DNA of 63,586 nt, filler included, from Lama guanicoe (lineage: Eukaryota), in the NCBI GenBank assembly GCA_013239625.1. It is 134 parts of 134 records of this genome, joined end to end, with 100 filler letters (N's around TTAATTAATTAA, not from the genome) between each part and the next. Parts side by side here need not be neighbours in the genome. Positions count along the whole stretch, not along the records: positions 39,392 to 39,767 come from PNXV01058742.1; positions 39,868 to 40,243 come from PNXV01058743.1; positions 40,344 to 40,719 come from PNXV01058744.1; positions 40,820 to 41,195 come from PNXV01058745.1; positions 41,296 to 41,671 come from PNXV01058746.1; positions 41,772 to 42,144 come from PNXV01058747.1; positions 42,245 to 42,620 come from PNXV01058748.1; positions 42,721 to 43,096 come from PNXV01058749.1; 126 more parts are not named here. One strand, given 5' to 3'. Under the pieces are notes generated by a model. The model made no database searches and was not told the origin of the DNA. It was given only the letters and a program-made list of their open reading frames with translations. Shown piece by piece: positions 39,392-51,200 of this stretch. Made by a program: the position numbers and the translations under genes. Every line of letters starts with the position of its first letter. The stretch's first letter is position 1.

Positions 39392-39767
39392 TCCCCTGGT
39401 TGCAGGTCATGTGACATCGGATATTCAGCGAAGGATAGATTACTGAGCTTCAGAAACAAACCTAGAGTGCCCTTTTAATAATTCAATTAAACATTGCAGC
39501 ATTGTAACATAACAACAAAGAATGATCTGGGAAGTGAGCCTTAGTAAAATATAGACCTCAGTCAACAAAACTAGAATTTAATACTCACTAAAATATAGTC
39601 TTTTTCTCTCTAAAGTTACCCTCATTTTGTAAAATATAGCCAAATCAAGATTAATTTGTTTATAAGTTAAGTCTGATTATTTGATCATGTAGGCTCTTTT
39701 AAATTGGCTGTGTTGGAAATTTTAATAAGGACTTTCAGGTTAGAATTTTAATAAGGTTTTCTAAGGC
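39392..39767 (+). mobile_element. ERV1 internal fragment (MER4/MER41-int-like)
   Basis: aacaaaactaga...ttttctctctaaagttaccctcatt...gtaggctcttttaaattggct resembles non-autonomous ERV1 internal regions. Confidence 0.5.
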
Positions 39768-39867
39768 NNNNNNNNNNNNNNNNNNNNNNNNNNNNNNNNN
39801 NNNNNNNNNNNTTAATTAATTAANNNNNNNNNNNNNNNNNNNNNNNNNNNNNNNNNNNNNNNNNNNN

Positions 39868-40243
39868 GGGCAGGCCCAGGAGTGTGCAGGCCCAGGGGTG
39901 AGCAGACACATTCTTGTGCAGACACAGGAGGGAGCAGGCACAGTATTGTTCAGGCCAGGATTTTGCAGTCCTAGGTGTGTGCAGACACATGACAGTGCAG
40001 GTCCAGGGGTGTGCATTCACAGTAGGGTGTAGGCCCAGGAATGTGCTGCTCCATGTGAGGGCAGGCGCAGGAGTGTGCAGGCCCAGGATTGGGCTGGCCC
40101 AGGAGTGTGCATGCACAGGAGAGGGCAAGAACAGGAGTGTGCAGGCCAAGGAGAGGGCAGGCCCAGGTGTGTGCACACACAGGAGAAAGCAGCACAGGGT
40201 AGGGCAGGTCCAGGTGTGTGCAGGCATAGGAGGGAGCAGTCCC
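39868..40243. repeat. Degenerate G-rich minisatellite built on gcaggcccagg(a)gtgtgc
   Basis: The motif recurs about 10 times with irregular spacing. Confidence 0.85.
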
Positions 40244-40343
40244 NNNNNNNNNNNNNNNNNNNNNNNNNNNNNNNNNNNNNNNNNNNNTTAATTAATTAAN
40301 NNNNNNNNNNNNNNNNNNNNNNNNNNNNNNNNNNNNNNNNNNN

Positions 40344-40719
40344 AAAAAAAACTGGAGAATAAAAAGATCAAACATCCAATTAATAGTTCTTAAAAAGAAT
40401 ACACAAAAAAAGGAAATATAAAATAAATTCACAAAACTGAAGGATCCAGGTTTCCAGATAGAAAGGACCACCAAGTACCCAGCACAATGGCATAGAATAA
40501 AATCCATATCATGCACATTATCATGAAATTTTAGACTTTCAGGGATAAAGACAATTTTAAAATTTAAGGCCAACGATATTAAACCTAGATTACTATATCC
40601 AATCTGTCAGGTGTGAGAAGAAAAAAACAAAGACATTCTGATATATGCAAGGACGAAAAAACCTTCTCTCTGCACTCTTTCTCAGGAAGCCTCTGAAGGA
40701 CACGTTTCATTTAAAAAAG
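40344..40719 (+). mobile_element. HAL1/L1ME ORF1-like fragment
   Basis: tttccagatagaaaggaccaccaagtacccagcacaatg...cacattatcatgaaattttaga...gggataaaga. Confidence 0.7.
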
Positions 40720-41449
40720 NNNNNNNNNNNNNNNNNNNNNNNNNNNNNNNNNNNNNNNNNNNNTTAATTAATTAANNNNNNNNNNNNNNNNNNNNNNNNN
40801 NNNNNNNNNNNNNNNNNNNTTTAATTTCTGTAACCCTTTAATTTCACAAGTTACAAAGAAATAGTCCAGTGCAAATCCAAGGCACTGGACACAGATTCCT
40901 CTGTTGATGGCATCCTGTCCTCCTCCAAACTGTTGTGTGTGACAGCAAATGATGCCAGAAATCAACTTGAGAGACAGCTGGCCACAATTAACAAAGCCAA
41001 ACCAATGTAATCTCATTCTTTTCTCAGCCAAGACAAACTCATTAGTGACTCTGAGGTATCTGCTTCTTTCCAAACTGTGCAACCTTTTGGGGAAAAGAAA
41101 TGCAAATGGGCAATATTGTCTGAAGTTGTTTCAAAACAAAACACAACAAAACAAAAACTGGGAAGGGATAATGGGCAAATGCAAACCAAAACATCNNNNN
41201 NNNNNNNNNNNNNNNNNNNNNNNNNNNNNNNNNNNNNNNTTAATTAATTAANNNNNNNNNNNNNNNNNNNNNNNNNNNNNNNNNNNNNNNNNNNNGACAA
41301 GCATCTTTATGTAATCATACTGTCAAATTGTCACTTTTTTCTTACCTACAGAAAAAATAAACACGTGGCAGCAAGTGTGTTAGGTCAAGGGGCTGATTGT
41401 CTTTATGTGTAAAACCAAACCAAACAAAAAAAACCAACCTTCTGCTTCT

Positions 41450-41671
41450 ACCGGAGGTGAGTGGCCACCTAACGGGCTCTGGTTCCCGCTGCAGGTGCAG
41501 CGGGGAGAGCAGACTAACCGAGGCGGGCGCTGGCTGTTGTGCGCACGCGCGCACGCGGGGCTGGGGGCGGGGCGCCGGCGTTTGGGGACTTCAGCAGGGC
41601 CGGCGGCGGCCGCGGAGGCGCGGAGGCGCGGCGTGTGAGGTCCCAGACGCGTCTGCGGCTCGTCCGGGCTC
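41450..41671. promoter_or_regulatory. CpG-island edge / promoter
   Basis: NRF1-like gtgcgcacgcgc and GC box ggggcggggc, with high CpG density. Confidence 0.6.
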
Positions 41672-41771
41672 NNNNNNNNNNNNNNNNNNNNNNNNNNNNN
41701 NNNNNNNNNNNNNNNTTAATTAATTAANNNNNNNNNNNNNNNNNNNNNNNNNNNNNNNNNNNNNNNNNNNN

Positions 41772-42036
41772 ATACATAAACCGTGGTACACTTCCAGTGG
41801 TGGAATATTATTCAGCACTAAAAAGAAATGAACTATCAAACCACAAAAAAAAAAGACATGATGAAATCTTAAATGCTTATTACTAAATAAAATAAGCCAA
41901 TTTGAAAAGGTTACATACTTTTAATTCTAACTGGAAGACATACTGGAAAAGGCAGAACTATAGAGACTGATGTGGGAACTCTCTACTTTGCACTCAAGTT
42001 TGCTCCAAACCTTAAAAGTCTCTAAAAAACAAAGTT

Positions 42037-42082
<46 letters not shown>
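41772..42082 (+). mobile_element. L1M 3'UTR fragment with (TA)n tail
   Basis: ggaatattattcagcactaaaaagaaatgaactatcaaacc...aagccaatttgaaaagg...tgggaactctctacttt. Confidence 0.85.
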
Positions 42083-42083
<1 letters not shown>

Positions 42084-43744
42084 GATATTGATCTTATCAG
42101 TCATGTTTGCTGTCATAAAGAAGTCTATATGATTGCAAAATATTNNNNNNNNNNNNNNNNNNNNNNNNNNNNNNNNNNNNNNNNNNNNTTAATTAATTAA
42201 NNNNNNNNNNNNNNNNNNNNNNNNNNNNNNNNNNNNNNNNNNNNTCCCCCACTGTTTTCTTCACTCATTTGACAGGTCTGCCGAGAGGCTGCGCACCGGT
42301 GGCTACACTTGGCCGTTTTAGAGGCAGTTTGGAACCGGTCGGCGCTCACGTATAACCCAGTGCTGAGCCTGTCAGCCGCAGGGTATGTGCAGAGATGACT
42401 GACAGTTATCCTTGCAAATGGCAGTGGCCCGGATGTGCCCCCCAAAAATGTGGAATCATTTCAGATGCGCCTCAGAGTGTTGTCCGTGGTAGTTAAATAA
42501 TGTGATACATAGCATCATGGCTGTTCACTTCTTCAGCCAGAAAGCGTTAGTTATCTGTATCCATTCACATGTGTTTCTTGTCGAAGATACTTTTTCAACT
42601 CAGAAGGACAGAACTTCCTTNNNNNNNNNNNNNNNNNNNNNNNNNNNNNNNNNNNNNNNNNNNNTTAATTAATTAANNNNNNNNNNNNNNNNNNNNNNNN
42701 NNNNNNNNNNNNNNNNNNNNTTTTTTCTCTGTGAGCTAAGACAACTTTTAGAAAGTGTCATTACCAAGCTACCTCCCTTCAGCTCTGACTTGTTTTTGAG
42801 TAACTGACATCCTAATCACACTCAATTCCTCATGATTTCATTCATATTGAATATACTCTAAATTTCTGTCCTGTTTAAAACATGTATTTTTTATTCTCTT
42901 AATTGCTTTCCAAGAAGGACAGAATTCTTAGACCTTTTGCTAAGCATGTAGAAAGTTACCAACCAGGTTTCACTCGCCTCAGATGCCAAAGATAATATGT
43001 AAATCCAGTTAAAATATGGTTTTAAAACAAAATCAGAACCTTTGGTAGGGAGAGAGGAAGAAATGTTAACCTTTCTATTCACTATGGTGGATTTGANNNN
43101 NNNNNNNNNNNNNNNNNNNNNNNNNNNNNNNNNNNNNNNNTTAATTAATTAANNNNNNNNNNNNNNNNNNNNNNNNNNNNNNNNNNNNNNNNNNNNAAAA
43201 AAAAAACAAACAAAGTAAGTGAACATTAGTTAAAATCAGAAGAACCTGGATAAGGCACAGGTTCCTCTGGTGAGAATAAAAGGAAATGTATACCAGTTCC
43301 ATGAAAGGGAAGTCTATCGCCAGGAAGTTTCAAGATGGGAAAATGCTCATATATGCTAGAGGGAAGAGACTATTTCAGAAAGGAGAGAAGAAACTTCCAT
43401 CTCACCTGAGCCATGGCTTTAAGATTTGCAAGAAAGGACTTTCCCTCTTTTGGATTCTTTTTTAGAAAAATGAACAAAGGAGAGAGAAGGGAGGGAAAAG
43501 AAACCACATGAAACCCATTTACCGTAGAGTTTCCATAACAACTTGGTTAAATCTGCCTAGTTAAGTAGTAAGNNNNNNNNNNNNNNNNNNNNNNNNNNNN
43601 NNNNNNNNNNNNNNNNTTAATTAATTAANNNNNNNNNNNNNNNNNNNNNNNNNNNNNNNNNNNNNNNNNNNNACAGCCCAGGACAGTCCTGGGGAGACCG
43701 GAGGGAGCTGTGACTCTCTGGGGTCTTATTTCATCTCTCTTTTT

Positions 43745-44005
43745 CTAAGGAACTCAAATGAATTCCCAGAAAGATAAGGCCAAGAAGACTTACACCTAGA
43801 AAAATGAAACTACCGAAAGGCAAAGAGAGAGCCTTGAAAGCAAGACAGAAGAGACTCATCACGTAAGATGCACCCGCAATGATATTAACAGCTGGTTTTT
43901 CATCAGAGACCAGAGGGCAGAAGGCAAGGGGATGACATAGGCAAAGTGCTAAAAAGCAGTCAACCAAGAATTCTATATGCAGCGAACTGTTCTTCAATAA
44001 AGAAA
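43745..44005 (+). mobile_element. L1 ORF1 fragment
   Basis: ccttgaaagcaagacagaa...gatattaacagctggtttttcatcagagacc...aaccaagaattctatatgcagcgaactgttcttcaa. Confidence 0.8.
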
Positions 44006-44174
44006 GAGGAGCAAAATGGCAGAGTGAGGAAATCCAGATGTTTATGCCNNNNNNNNNNNNNNNNNNNNNNNNNNNNNNNNNNNNNNNNNNNNTTAATTAA
44101 TTAANNNNNNNNNNNNNNNNNNNNNNNNNNNNNNNNNNNNNNNNNNNNTGCTCTCCTCAAGATTAAGAAGTATC

Positions 44175-44524
44175 AAAGAAAAGGGGGGACCTGAAACCAT
44201 ATATAAACTCCTGTGTCCCTGTGCTTTGAAATAAAAGGCTTTTCCCTAAGTGTCCCAGGCCTCCCTGGAGTCTCAAAAGGCTGATTAAAGAGTTAATAGT
44301 TAGGAAATGTGAAGCTGTAGAAACACAGAACAGCTGTTAGGCTAGGAAACTGGTGACAATTTGGACTATAAATCGGCCACATAGCAGAGTCATTGAAATC
44401 TCATTTCCCTGAAAGATGTAAATAAAGGTCTAAAACAGATTCCTTAGTTTTTTTTATAGGAAGCAGACCCCCACCAGATGAAAACTGCTGGCTGCAAGCA
44501 CAGAGCCCCCAGACCAGCTGAAAC
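44175..44524 (+). mobile_element. ERV polypurine tract and start of the 3' LTR
   Basis: aaagaaaagggggga at 44175-44189, followed closely by TGAAAC at 44192. Confidence 0.65.
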
Positions 44525-45100
44525 NNNNNNNNNNNNNNNNNNNNNNNNNNNNNNNNNNNNNNNNNNNNTTAATTAATTAANNNNNNNNNNNNNNNNNNNN
44601 NNNNNNNNNNNNNNNNNNNNNNNNGAAGGTGCTGTACCTCAATTAAGCAACAATAAATCTAATATGTTCCCTACACAACAGATGCTAAAGGCAATTAAGT
44701 GATACAGTTAAAATGCTAAAAGTTTGCAATTATACATCATAAAAAACATTCTTTTTGAAAGTAAAGGTGACCTATAGTTTCCTCTAGATCTAGGAGCATT
44801 TATCCTTATCTCATTAAAGTTCATTTAAAGTCAATTTTTAACACCTTTACATTTCATGCTACATGGGATTTAAAAATACAGTTTTTAATGATACAATTTC
44901 TATAGCATTAAACAAAACAAACACCTAGAACTAGTGAAAATGCATGCTTATTGTATTTTAATGTGTACAAAACTGCTACACAGAATTCTACATAAGTTAT
45001 NNNNNNNNNNNNNNNNNNNNNNNNNNNNNNNNNNNNNNNNNNNNTTAATTAATTAANNNNNNNNNNNNNNNNNNNNNNNNNNNNNNNNNNNNNNNNNNNN

Positions 45101-45460
45101 ATATTTGACAAATAAAACTGAAATGTATTTAAAGTGTACAACATGATGATTTCATATACATATACATTGTGAAATTATTACCATAGTCAAGTTAATTAAC
45201 AAGTCCATCACCACATGTTTAACTTTATATTTATTTCTTTTGGGCAAAAGGAGATTGCTTAATGTATACTCTCAGTTAATTTTAAGTATACAAAACAGTA
45301 TTGGTAGCCATAGTTACCATGTTATATATTAGGCCCTCAGACCTCATTCATCCTATAATTGAAAGTTCGTACTTTTTTAACTAGCCTATACTTTCTTCCT
45401 CCAAGCCATCAGCCCCTGGCAACTACCATTCCATTTTCTCTTCCTATAAGTTTAGCCTCC
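45101..45460 (-). mobile_element. L1MA-type 3' end
   Basis: aaagtgtacaacatgatgattt...tacattgtgaaattattacc...aagttaattaacaagtccatcacc...agcccctggcaactaccatt. Confidence 0.85.
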
Positions 45461-46052
45461 TTAATTAATTGATTAANNNNNNNNNNNNNNNNNNNNNNNN
45501 NNNNNNNNNNNNNNNNNNNNTTAATTAATTAANNNNNNNNNNNNNNNNNNNNNNNNNNNNNNNNNNNNNNNNNNNNCCCTCACCTCTTAGATGGGTCAGT
45601 TCTACTACCGAGCGGCTCCTCACCCTTCAGCCTGTCCCCCCTCACTGTGGCATCCCCTCTTACTGAGAGTGCACACCTACCCTGAGCTGATCTCCTCACC
45701 CCACAGGTGGGGCGGGGAAGTGGGGCTCCAATCACCATGGCGATTGCCACCAGCAGGGATCCGGCCTGCTGTGCAGCTGCATAGCTGATGTTCAATGTTA
45801 CAGGGCTCTGCTGGCTGGGCTGAAGGAGGTTCTAATTCCGGCCTGGGCGCCCTAAGCCCCGCACCCTGTACCTCATCTGAGCAGGTGGGTCAGGATGGTC
45901 TCAGGCTCTCTGCCACTGGCCTGGGCCTTGGGTTGTTGATGGCCCTGTTGGTNNNNNNNNNNNNNNNNNNNNNNNNNNNNNNNNNNNNNNNNNNNNTTAA
46001 TTAATTAANNNNNNNNNNNNNNNNNNNNNNNNNNNNNNNNNNNNNNNNNNNN

Positions 46053-46203
46053 CCTGTTCTGCCAGTTTTTCCCAGAGCACAGGGTGCCTCATTCCTGATC
46101 TCCATCCTCAAATTCTCTCAGGGTGTAAAAGGTCAGTGGCTGCAGTGGCTCTTGATTTGATCATTGTGTAGTGACAGGTGGCAAGTGCAAATTTTAGTTA
46201 GCA
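46053..46203. mobile_element. ERV1-type LTR end; same family at 47481-47678
   Basis: Shared cctgttc.gccagtttt..cagagcacag.g.gcctca.tcctga.ctc...ttttagttagca. Confidence 0.65.
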
Positions 46204-46528
46204 GGGCCATGGCATCCCCTCTTTCTTTCCTGAAATGAAATCCAAAGAAAATGAGAACACCACTGTGAAGGTAGAAAAATGTCTTAGTAGTTGGATTGAG
46301 ACTAATGATAAAACTTTTCTTGATGAGCTGTTAGTTAACTTAATATGTCTTGGCTTTTTCCTCAAAAGATTTTTCCTCTCAAAGATCTAAAAGAAAAAGA
46401 GGTAAATAGATTTTCACCTAATAAAAAANNNNNNNNNNNNNNNNNNNNNNNNNNNNNNNNNNNNNNNNNNNNTTAATTAATTAANNNNNNNNNNNNNNNN
46501 NNNNNNNNNNNNNNNNNNNNNNNNNNNN

Positions 46529-46690
46529 GCCGCCATGTCCCCTCATCACGCGGACGAACGGTCCACGGAAGCCGCGCTGTACAGTCCAGGGTCGCGAGCG
46601 TCGTTACGTGGTAAGGCGTCGTGGACGTCCTACGGCCCCGCCCCCCCGCCATCGTGATTGGTGGGCCTGCAATGATTGACGGCGAGGTTG
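46529..46690 (-). promoter_or_regulatory. CpG promoter/5'UTR with probable start codon (ATG GCG GC.. at 46536, minus strand)
   Basis: CCAAT box and GC box lie upstream on the minus strand, with cttccg near the presumed TSS. Gene not identified. Confidence 0.55.
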
Positions 46691-47004
46691 TCCATTCCCC
46701 CAGGTGTTCTGCTGGACATGCCCATTTCTCAAGGCCCAGCCAAAGCACTGAAATCATTGCTCACACTGTTCTCTTTCTACATCTGTGTCCATCCTTCAAC
46801 GCCTGGCTCTACTTCTGAAGCCTTTGCACGTATCTTTTCCCTCCCTTGGGGGAGGTCAGGGAAAACCGAGGACAAAGTAATGCATGGCAGCCTCCCAGGA
46901 TTGGNNNNNNNNNNNNNNNNNNNNNNNNNNNNNNNNNNNNNNNNNNNNTTAATTAATTAANNNNNNNNNNNNNNNNNNNNNNNNNNNNNNNNNNNNNNNN
47001 NNNN

Positions 47005-47380
47005 TTGTTTCCAACCTTAGGGAGAACTCATTCAATATGTAATTATTAAATATAATTAGTAGGATTATGATTATGTAAATGCCCCACTGTAAGAATGAGA
47101 ATGTTTCCTTCTACTTTTAATCTGCCATGAGAGTTTATCATGAATACTTATTTAATTTTGTCAAAAGTGTTTCTCCCTCTACTGAGATCATCATATGGGT
47201 GTGTCTTTTTTACTCTGTTAATAAGTTTAAACACACTGATTTATTTTGGGGATGTTAAAATGCCCTTTGATTAGCTCAGTAAGTCCCACTTATGATGCTT
47301 TCAATATCTTTTTTTCTTTGCTAAATTCGATTTTCTAACATTTTTAAAAGAATCTTTGCATCTATGTTCATGAATTATAG
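47005..47380 (-). mobile_element. Old L1 ORF2 fragment
   Basis: gtttccttcta...tctactgagatcatcatatgg...tttgcatctatgttcatga. Confidence 0.75.
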
Positions 47381-47958
47381 NNNNNNNNNNNNNNNNNNNN
47401 NNNNNNNNNNNNNNNNNNNNNNNNTTAATTAATTAANNNNNNNNNNNNNNNNNNNNNNNNNNNNNNNNNNNNNNNNNNNNTCTGAAGGCCTGTTCAGCCA
47501 GTTTTCAGAGAGCACAGAGCGCCTCACTCCTGACCTCTGCCATGAACTCCTCTCACAGAGTGTTGGAGGTGAGCGGTGGCAGCGGCTCCTGATTGAATCC
47601 AAGCAGAGTTAGCTGGCGAGTGCCAACCCGATCCGATCCTTGGAGAGGCAGGTGCCAAGTGCCACTTTTTAGTTAGCACCTTCCACATGCCTATGGGCCC
47701 CAGCCGCTCTCCATGGAAAGTAGCAGATGCAACAGCAGAAAAGCTCTTTTCATCGTTTCAGAGACTGTAGCAATGTGGGTCTTTCAGTTCAAACTTAAGA
47801 GAAACTGATGCACATTCTCCAGATGAAATGAAAACGTGTTTCCACGGGCCTGCTGANNNNNNNNNNNNNNNNNNNNNNNNNNNNNNNNNNNNNNNNNNNN
47901 TTAATTAATTAANNNNNNNNNNNNNNNNNNNNNNNNNNNNNNNNNNNNNNNNNNNNGG

Positions 47959-48261
47959 GCACCTTTGGGACCACCAAGAGGCTCTAGGGGTGGCAGAGGG
48001 GGTCCTGCACAACAACAGAGAGGCCATGGTTCCCGTGGATCTCAGGGCAACCGTGGGGGCAATGTAGGAGGCAAGAGAAAGGCAGACGGGTACAACCAAC
48101 CTGATTCCAAGCGCCGTCAGACCAACAACCAACAGAACTGGGGGTCCCAACCCATCGCTCAACAGCCGCTTCAGCAAGGTGGTGACTATTCTGGTAACTA
48201 TGGTTACAATAATGACAACCAGGAATTTTATCAGGATACTTATGGGCAACAGTGGAAATAG
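47959..48261 (+). pseudogene. HNRNPR: HNRNPR C-terminal coding region plus start of 3'UTR; probably a young retrocopy, but the parent last exon is not excluded
   Basis: ..GGKRKADGYNQPDSKRRQTNNQQNWGSQPIAQQPLQQGGDYSGNYGYNNDNQEFYQDTYGQQWK* is the hnRNP R C-terminus. Two apparent Arg changes (CAT at 48025, CAG at 48043) fit CpG decay. Confidence 0.8.
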
Positions 48262-51200
48262 ACAAGTGAGGGCTTGAAAATGATACTGGCAAGATACGAT
48301 TGGCTCTAGATCTACATCCTTCAAAAAAAAAANNNNNNNNNNNNNNNNNNNNNNNNNNNNNNNNNNNNNNNNNNNNTTAATTAATTAANNNNNNNNNNNN
48401 NNNNNNNNNNNNNNNNNNNNNNNNNNNNNNNNGCTCAAACTATGAACAGAAGTTCACTGTCCTAGATTGTCTCAGAACTCATGAGGCCTATTTCAAGCGG
48501 CCTTTAGTTGGATATTTCTCCTTTTCCTGAACAATAAATGTTGAAACAGTCAAATTTGAGTCTCCAGCCTTTACTTCTACACTTGTTTTCCAATTTTTGT
48601 ACACAGTGTCTCCAATTTTGGACATGTGCTGTGGAATATCAATTTAGTAAATATAACACAAAATTTTAAATTGTCCACAACGCAAAAAGTGTTCCCCATT
48701 TCATGAAATGTTACCACCTTCAATGTAATTGCTCAGACAGAAAATCTCACAGTGATATTTGTTCCCTTGTTGCTCTCATATGACTTATTGATACCTTAAA
48801 AAATAATGNNNNNNNNNNNNNNNNNNNNNNNNNNNNNNNNNNNNNNNNNNNNTTAATTAATTAANNNNNNNNNNNNNNNNNNNNNNNNNNNNNNNNNNNN
48901 NNNNNNNNTCATTAAAGTGCATCGTGAGCAGACATGGTGTTCGCTGTGTTTCTGGCTACAGGTGTCACTGAGGGAGAGGGAAGGGGTCAGGGCACGGCCC
49001 CTGAGCCCCGGGCCTTGCTGTGGGCATGGCCCCAGCCTCTGTCCGTTGTGCCCAGGGCTCACTTCTCAGCACACTGGCTTATGTCTCTTTGGTGAGTGGC
49101 ATCAGGCTTTGTAACACAGAAAGCGACACAGGTCATTTAGGTGATTCTAGGAGGCAACAGGTCCCAGAAATGGGGTCAAGATTCAAAGCATTGCTCCCAC
49201 ACCCAGGTGGCTCTATTTCTCTGCAGCCTGTCCCCTCCCCCAGAAACTCTACATGCCCACCAGTCCCCCTGCCCCCCCCCCCCCNNNNNNNNNNNNNNNN
49301 NNNNNNNNNNNNNNNNNNNNNNNNNNNNTTAATTAATTAANNNNNNNNNNNNNNNNNNNNNNNNNNNNNNNNNNNNNNNNNNNNTCCCAGCTTTTCATCA
49401 TTAGAGGCTTTTGAGCTACCTTCAGTGCACCACTTAAAGAAGTTGTACGCTTGTGAATTCTTCCAAGCTAGTGGGAAAAGGCAGAGAAGAAAAGGCCTAG
49501 ACCTGTCTGAATATAGCCATTACTATAGAGTGGAGTAGATACAGTCTATGGTCTTGGGACTCCCAAGACCCGTGCTTGAGTTTCACCTCTGACACGTTAT
49601 TCCTGTACAACCTTCAGCAAGTCCTTTACATCTCCCAACTTGCACAGTCTCATTGTCAAGTTTAGCTAATATGACATTCTGAAGACTTCTGAGTGAGTTC
49701 TGTAGTACATAGCAAGTATTCACTACCATTATTTTATTTGCTTTGGGGTAAGGAAGACCTNNNNNNNNNNNNNNNNNNNNNNNNNNNNNNNNNNNNNNNN
49801 NNNNTTAATTAATTAANNNNNNNNNNNNNNNNNNNNNNNNNNNNNNNNNNNNNNNNNNNNATAAACTATGTATCTTTTTATGCATTTTCAGATTGACATC
49901 AAAATTTTATAAATTTACATAGTCGTTGAGCATGCATTTTGGTATATAGTATAAATATAGTGAGTTTAAAATAAATTGTTATATCACATTTAAAAATAAC
50001 TAATGGAAACTAAATATGGTATTTTGATACTTGACATCATGGATTTAAAAATGCATGAACACATTCTTAACCATTCACATATTTTTACATCAATTCCTTT
50101 TCTCCTTGAATCCAAATTTTTATTTTATCCCCACCAAAGAGTTTTTTGATTGTGTAATATATTTTTCTGTTTGAAACAATTTTGATGATCACTCTGTCAT
50201 AATACTTTCCAAAAAATGTATATAAATGTATTTAAANNNNNNNNNNNNNNNNNNNNNNNNNNNNNNNNNNNNNNNNNNNNTTAATTAATTAANNNNNNNN
50301 NNNNNNNNNNNNNNNNNNNNNNNNNNNNNNNNNNNNAGGATTACTTAAGAGAACAATACTACATCAATGTTTAGGTTGGGAGGGATATTGAAGTTCATTT
50401 AGTGTAGTTCTCTAATTTTATAGATGAAGACCATAAGACTCAGAGACTTGTAGAGTTTGCCTAGTGATTCAAAGCTAATCTGACCAATTTTGGCAAAAAA
50501 GGACATCTTTCCTAAGTTCCATAATTATGGATTGGTTAAAAACAGTAAACTACATTGGTGAGTGAGTTATGTTAGTTCAATTTGCTAATATGTTTAACTT
50601 TAAATTTCACTTTTCTTGCAACATAAAATATTTTGTAATGCTTTAAAACAAAGTAACCTCTTTATTCCCTAAATAAGTTATTGTAAAACTGTGATAAAAT
50701 TGATAACTTTATNNNNNNNNNNNNNNNNNNNNNNNNNNNNNNNNNNNNNNNNNNNNTTAATTAATTAANNNNNNNNNNNNNNNNNNNNNNNNNNNNNNNN
50801 NNNNNNNNNNNNCTGTATATTTTGGAGGTCTCAGATCCTGCAAGGCATTAGTTTTAGGTACCTTTTACTATGTGCCACTTTCATGGATGTTTCATATAAC
50901 TTTTATAAGAGTGCTATAAAGTAGGTGCTATCATTTTTAGATGATGCTTTGAGAGGTTAAGGTCACGCAGCTAGTAAGTAGTGGAGCCTTCTTGTCTCTC
51001 TGGCCTCCAGTCACACTCCTTGCTCTCTGGCTGCCTTTCTCTTTCTCAAGCACACAGTTCTTCAGACTTGGTAACCCTGTCACCTGGAGTGCTCTTCCCC
51101 TAACTCTTTCTATGACTGGGTTTTCTCTGTCCAGCAAATGTCCATTTAAGAAAACATGCTTTGGAAGGGACCCACCTGAGCTGAGTCCNNNNNNNNNNNN

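Noticed and set aside
45461..45476. ttaattaattgattaa as a misplaced linker
   Set aside because: It is imperfect, contiguous with genomic sequence and followed by a normal linker, so it is probably natural AT-rich sequence.
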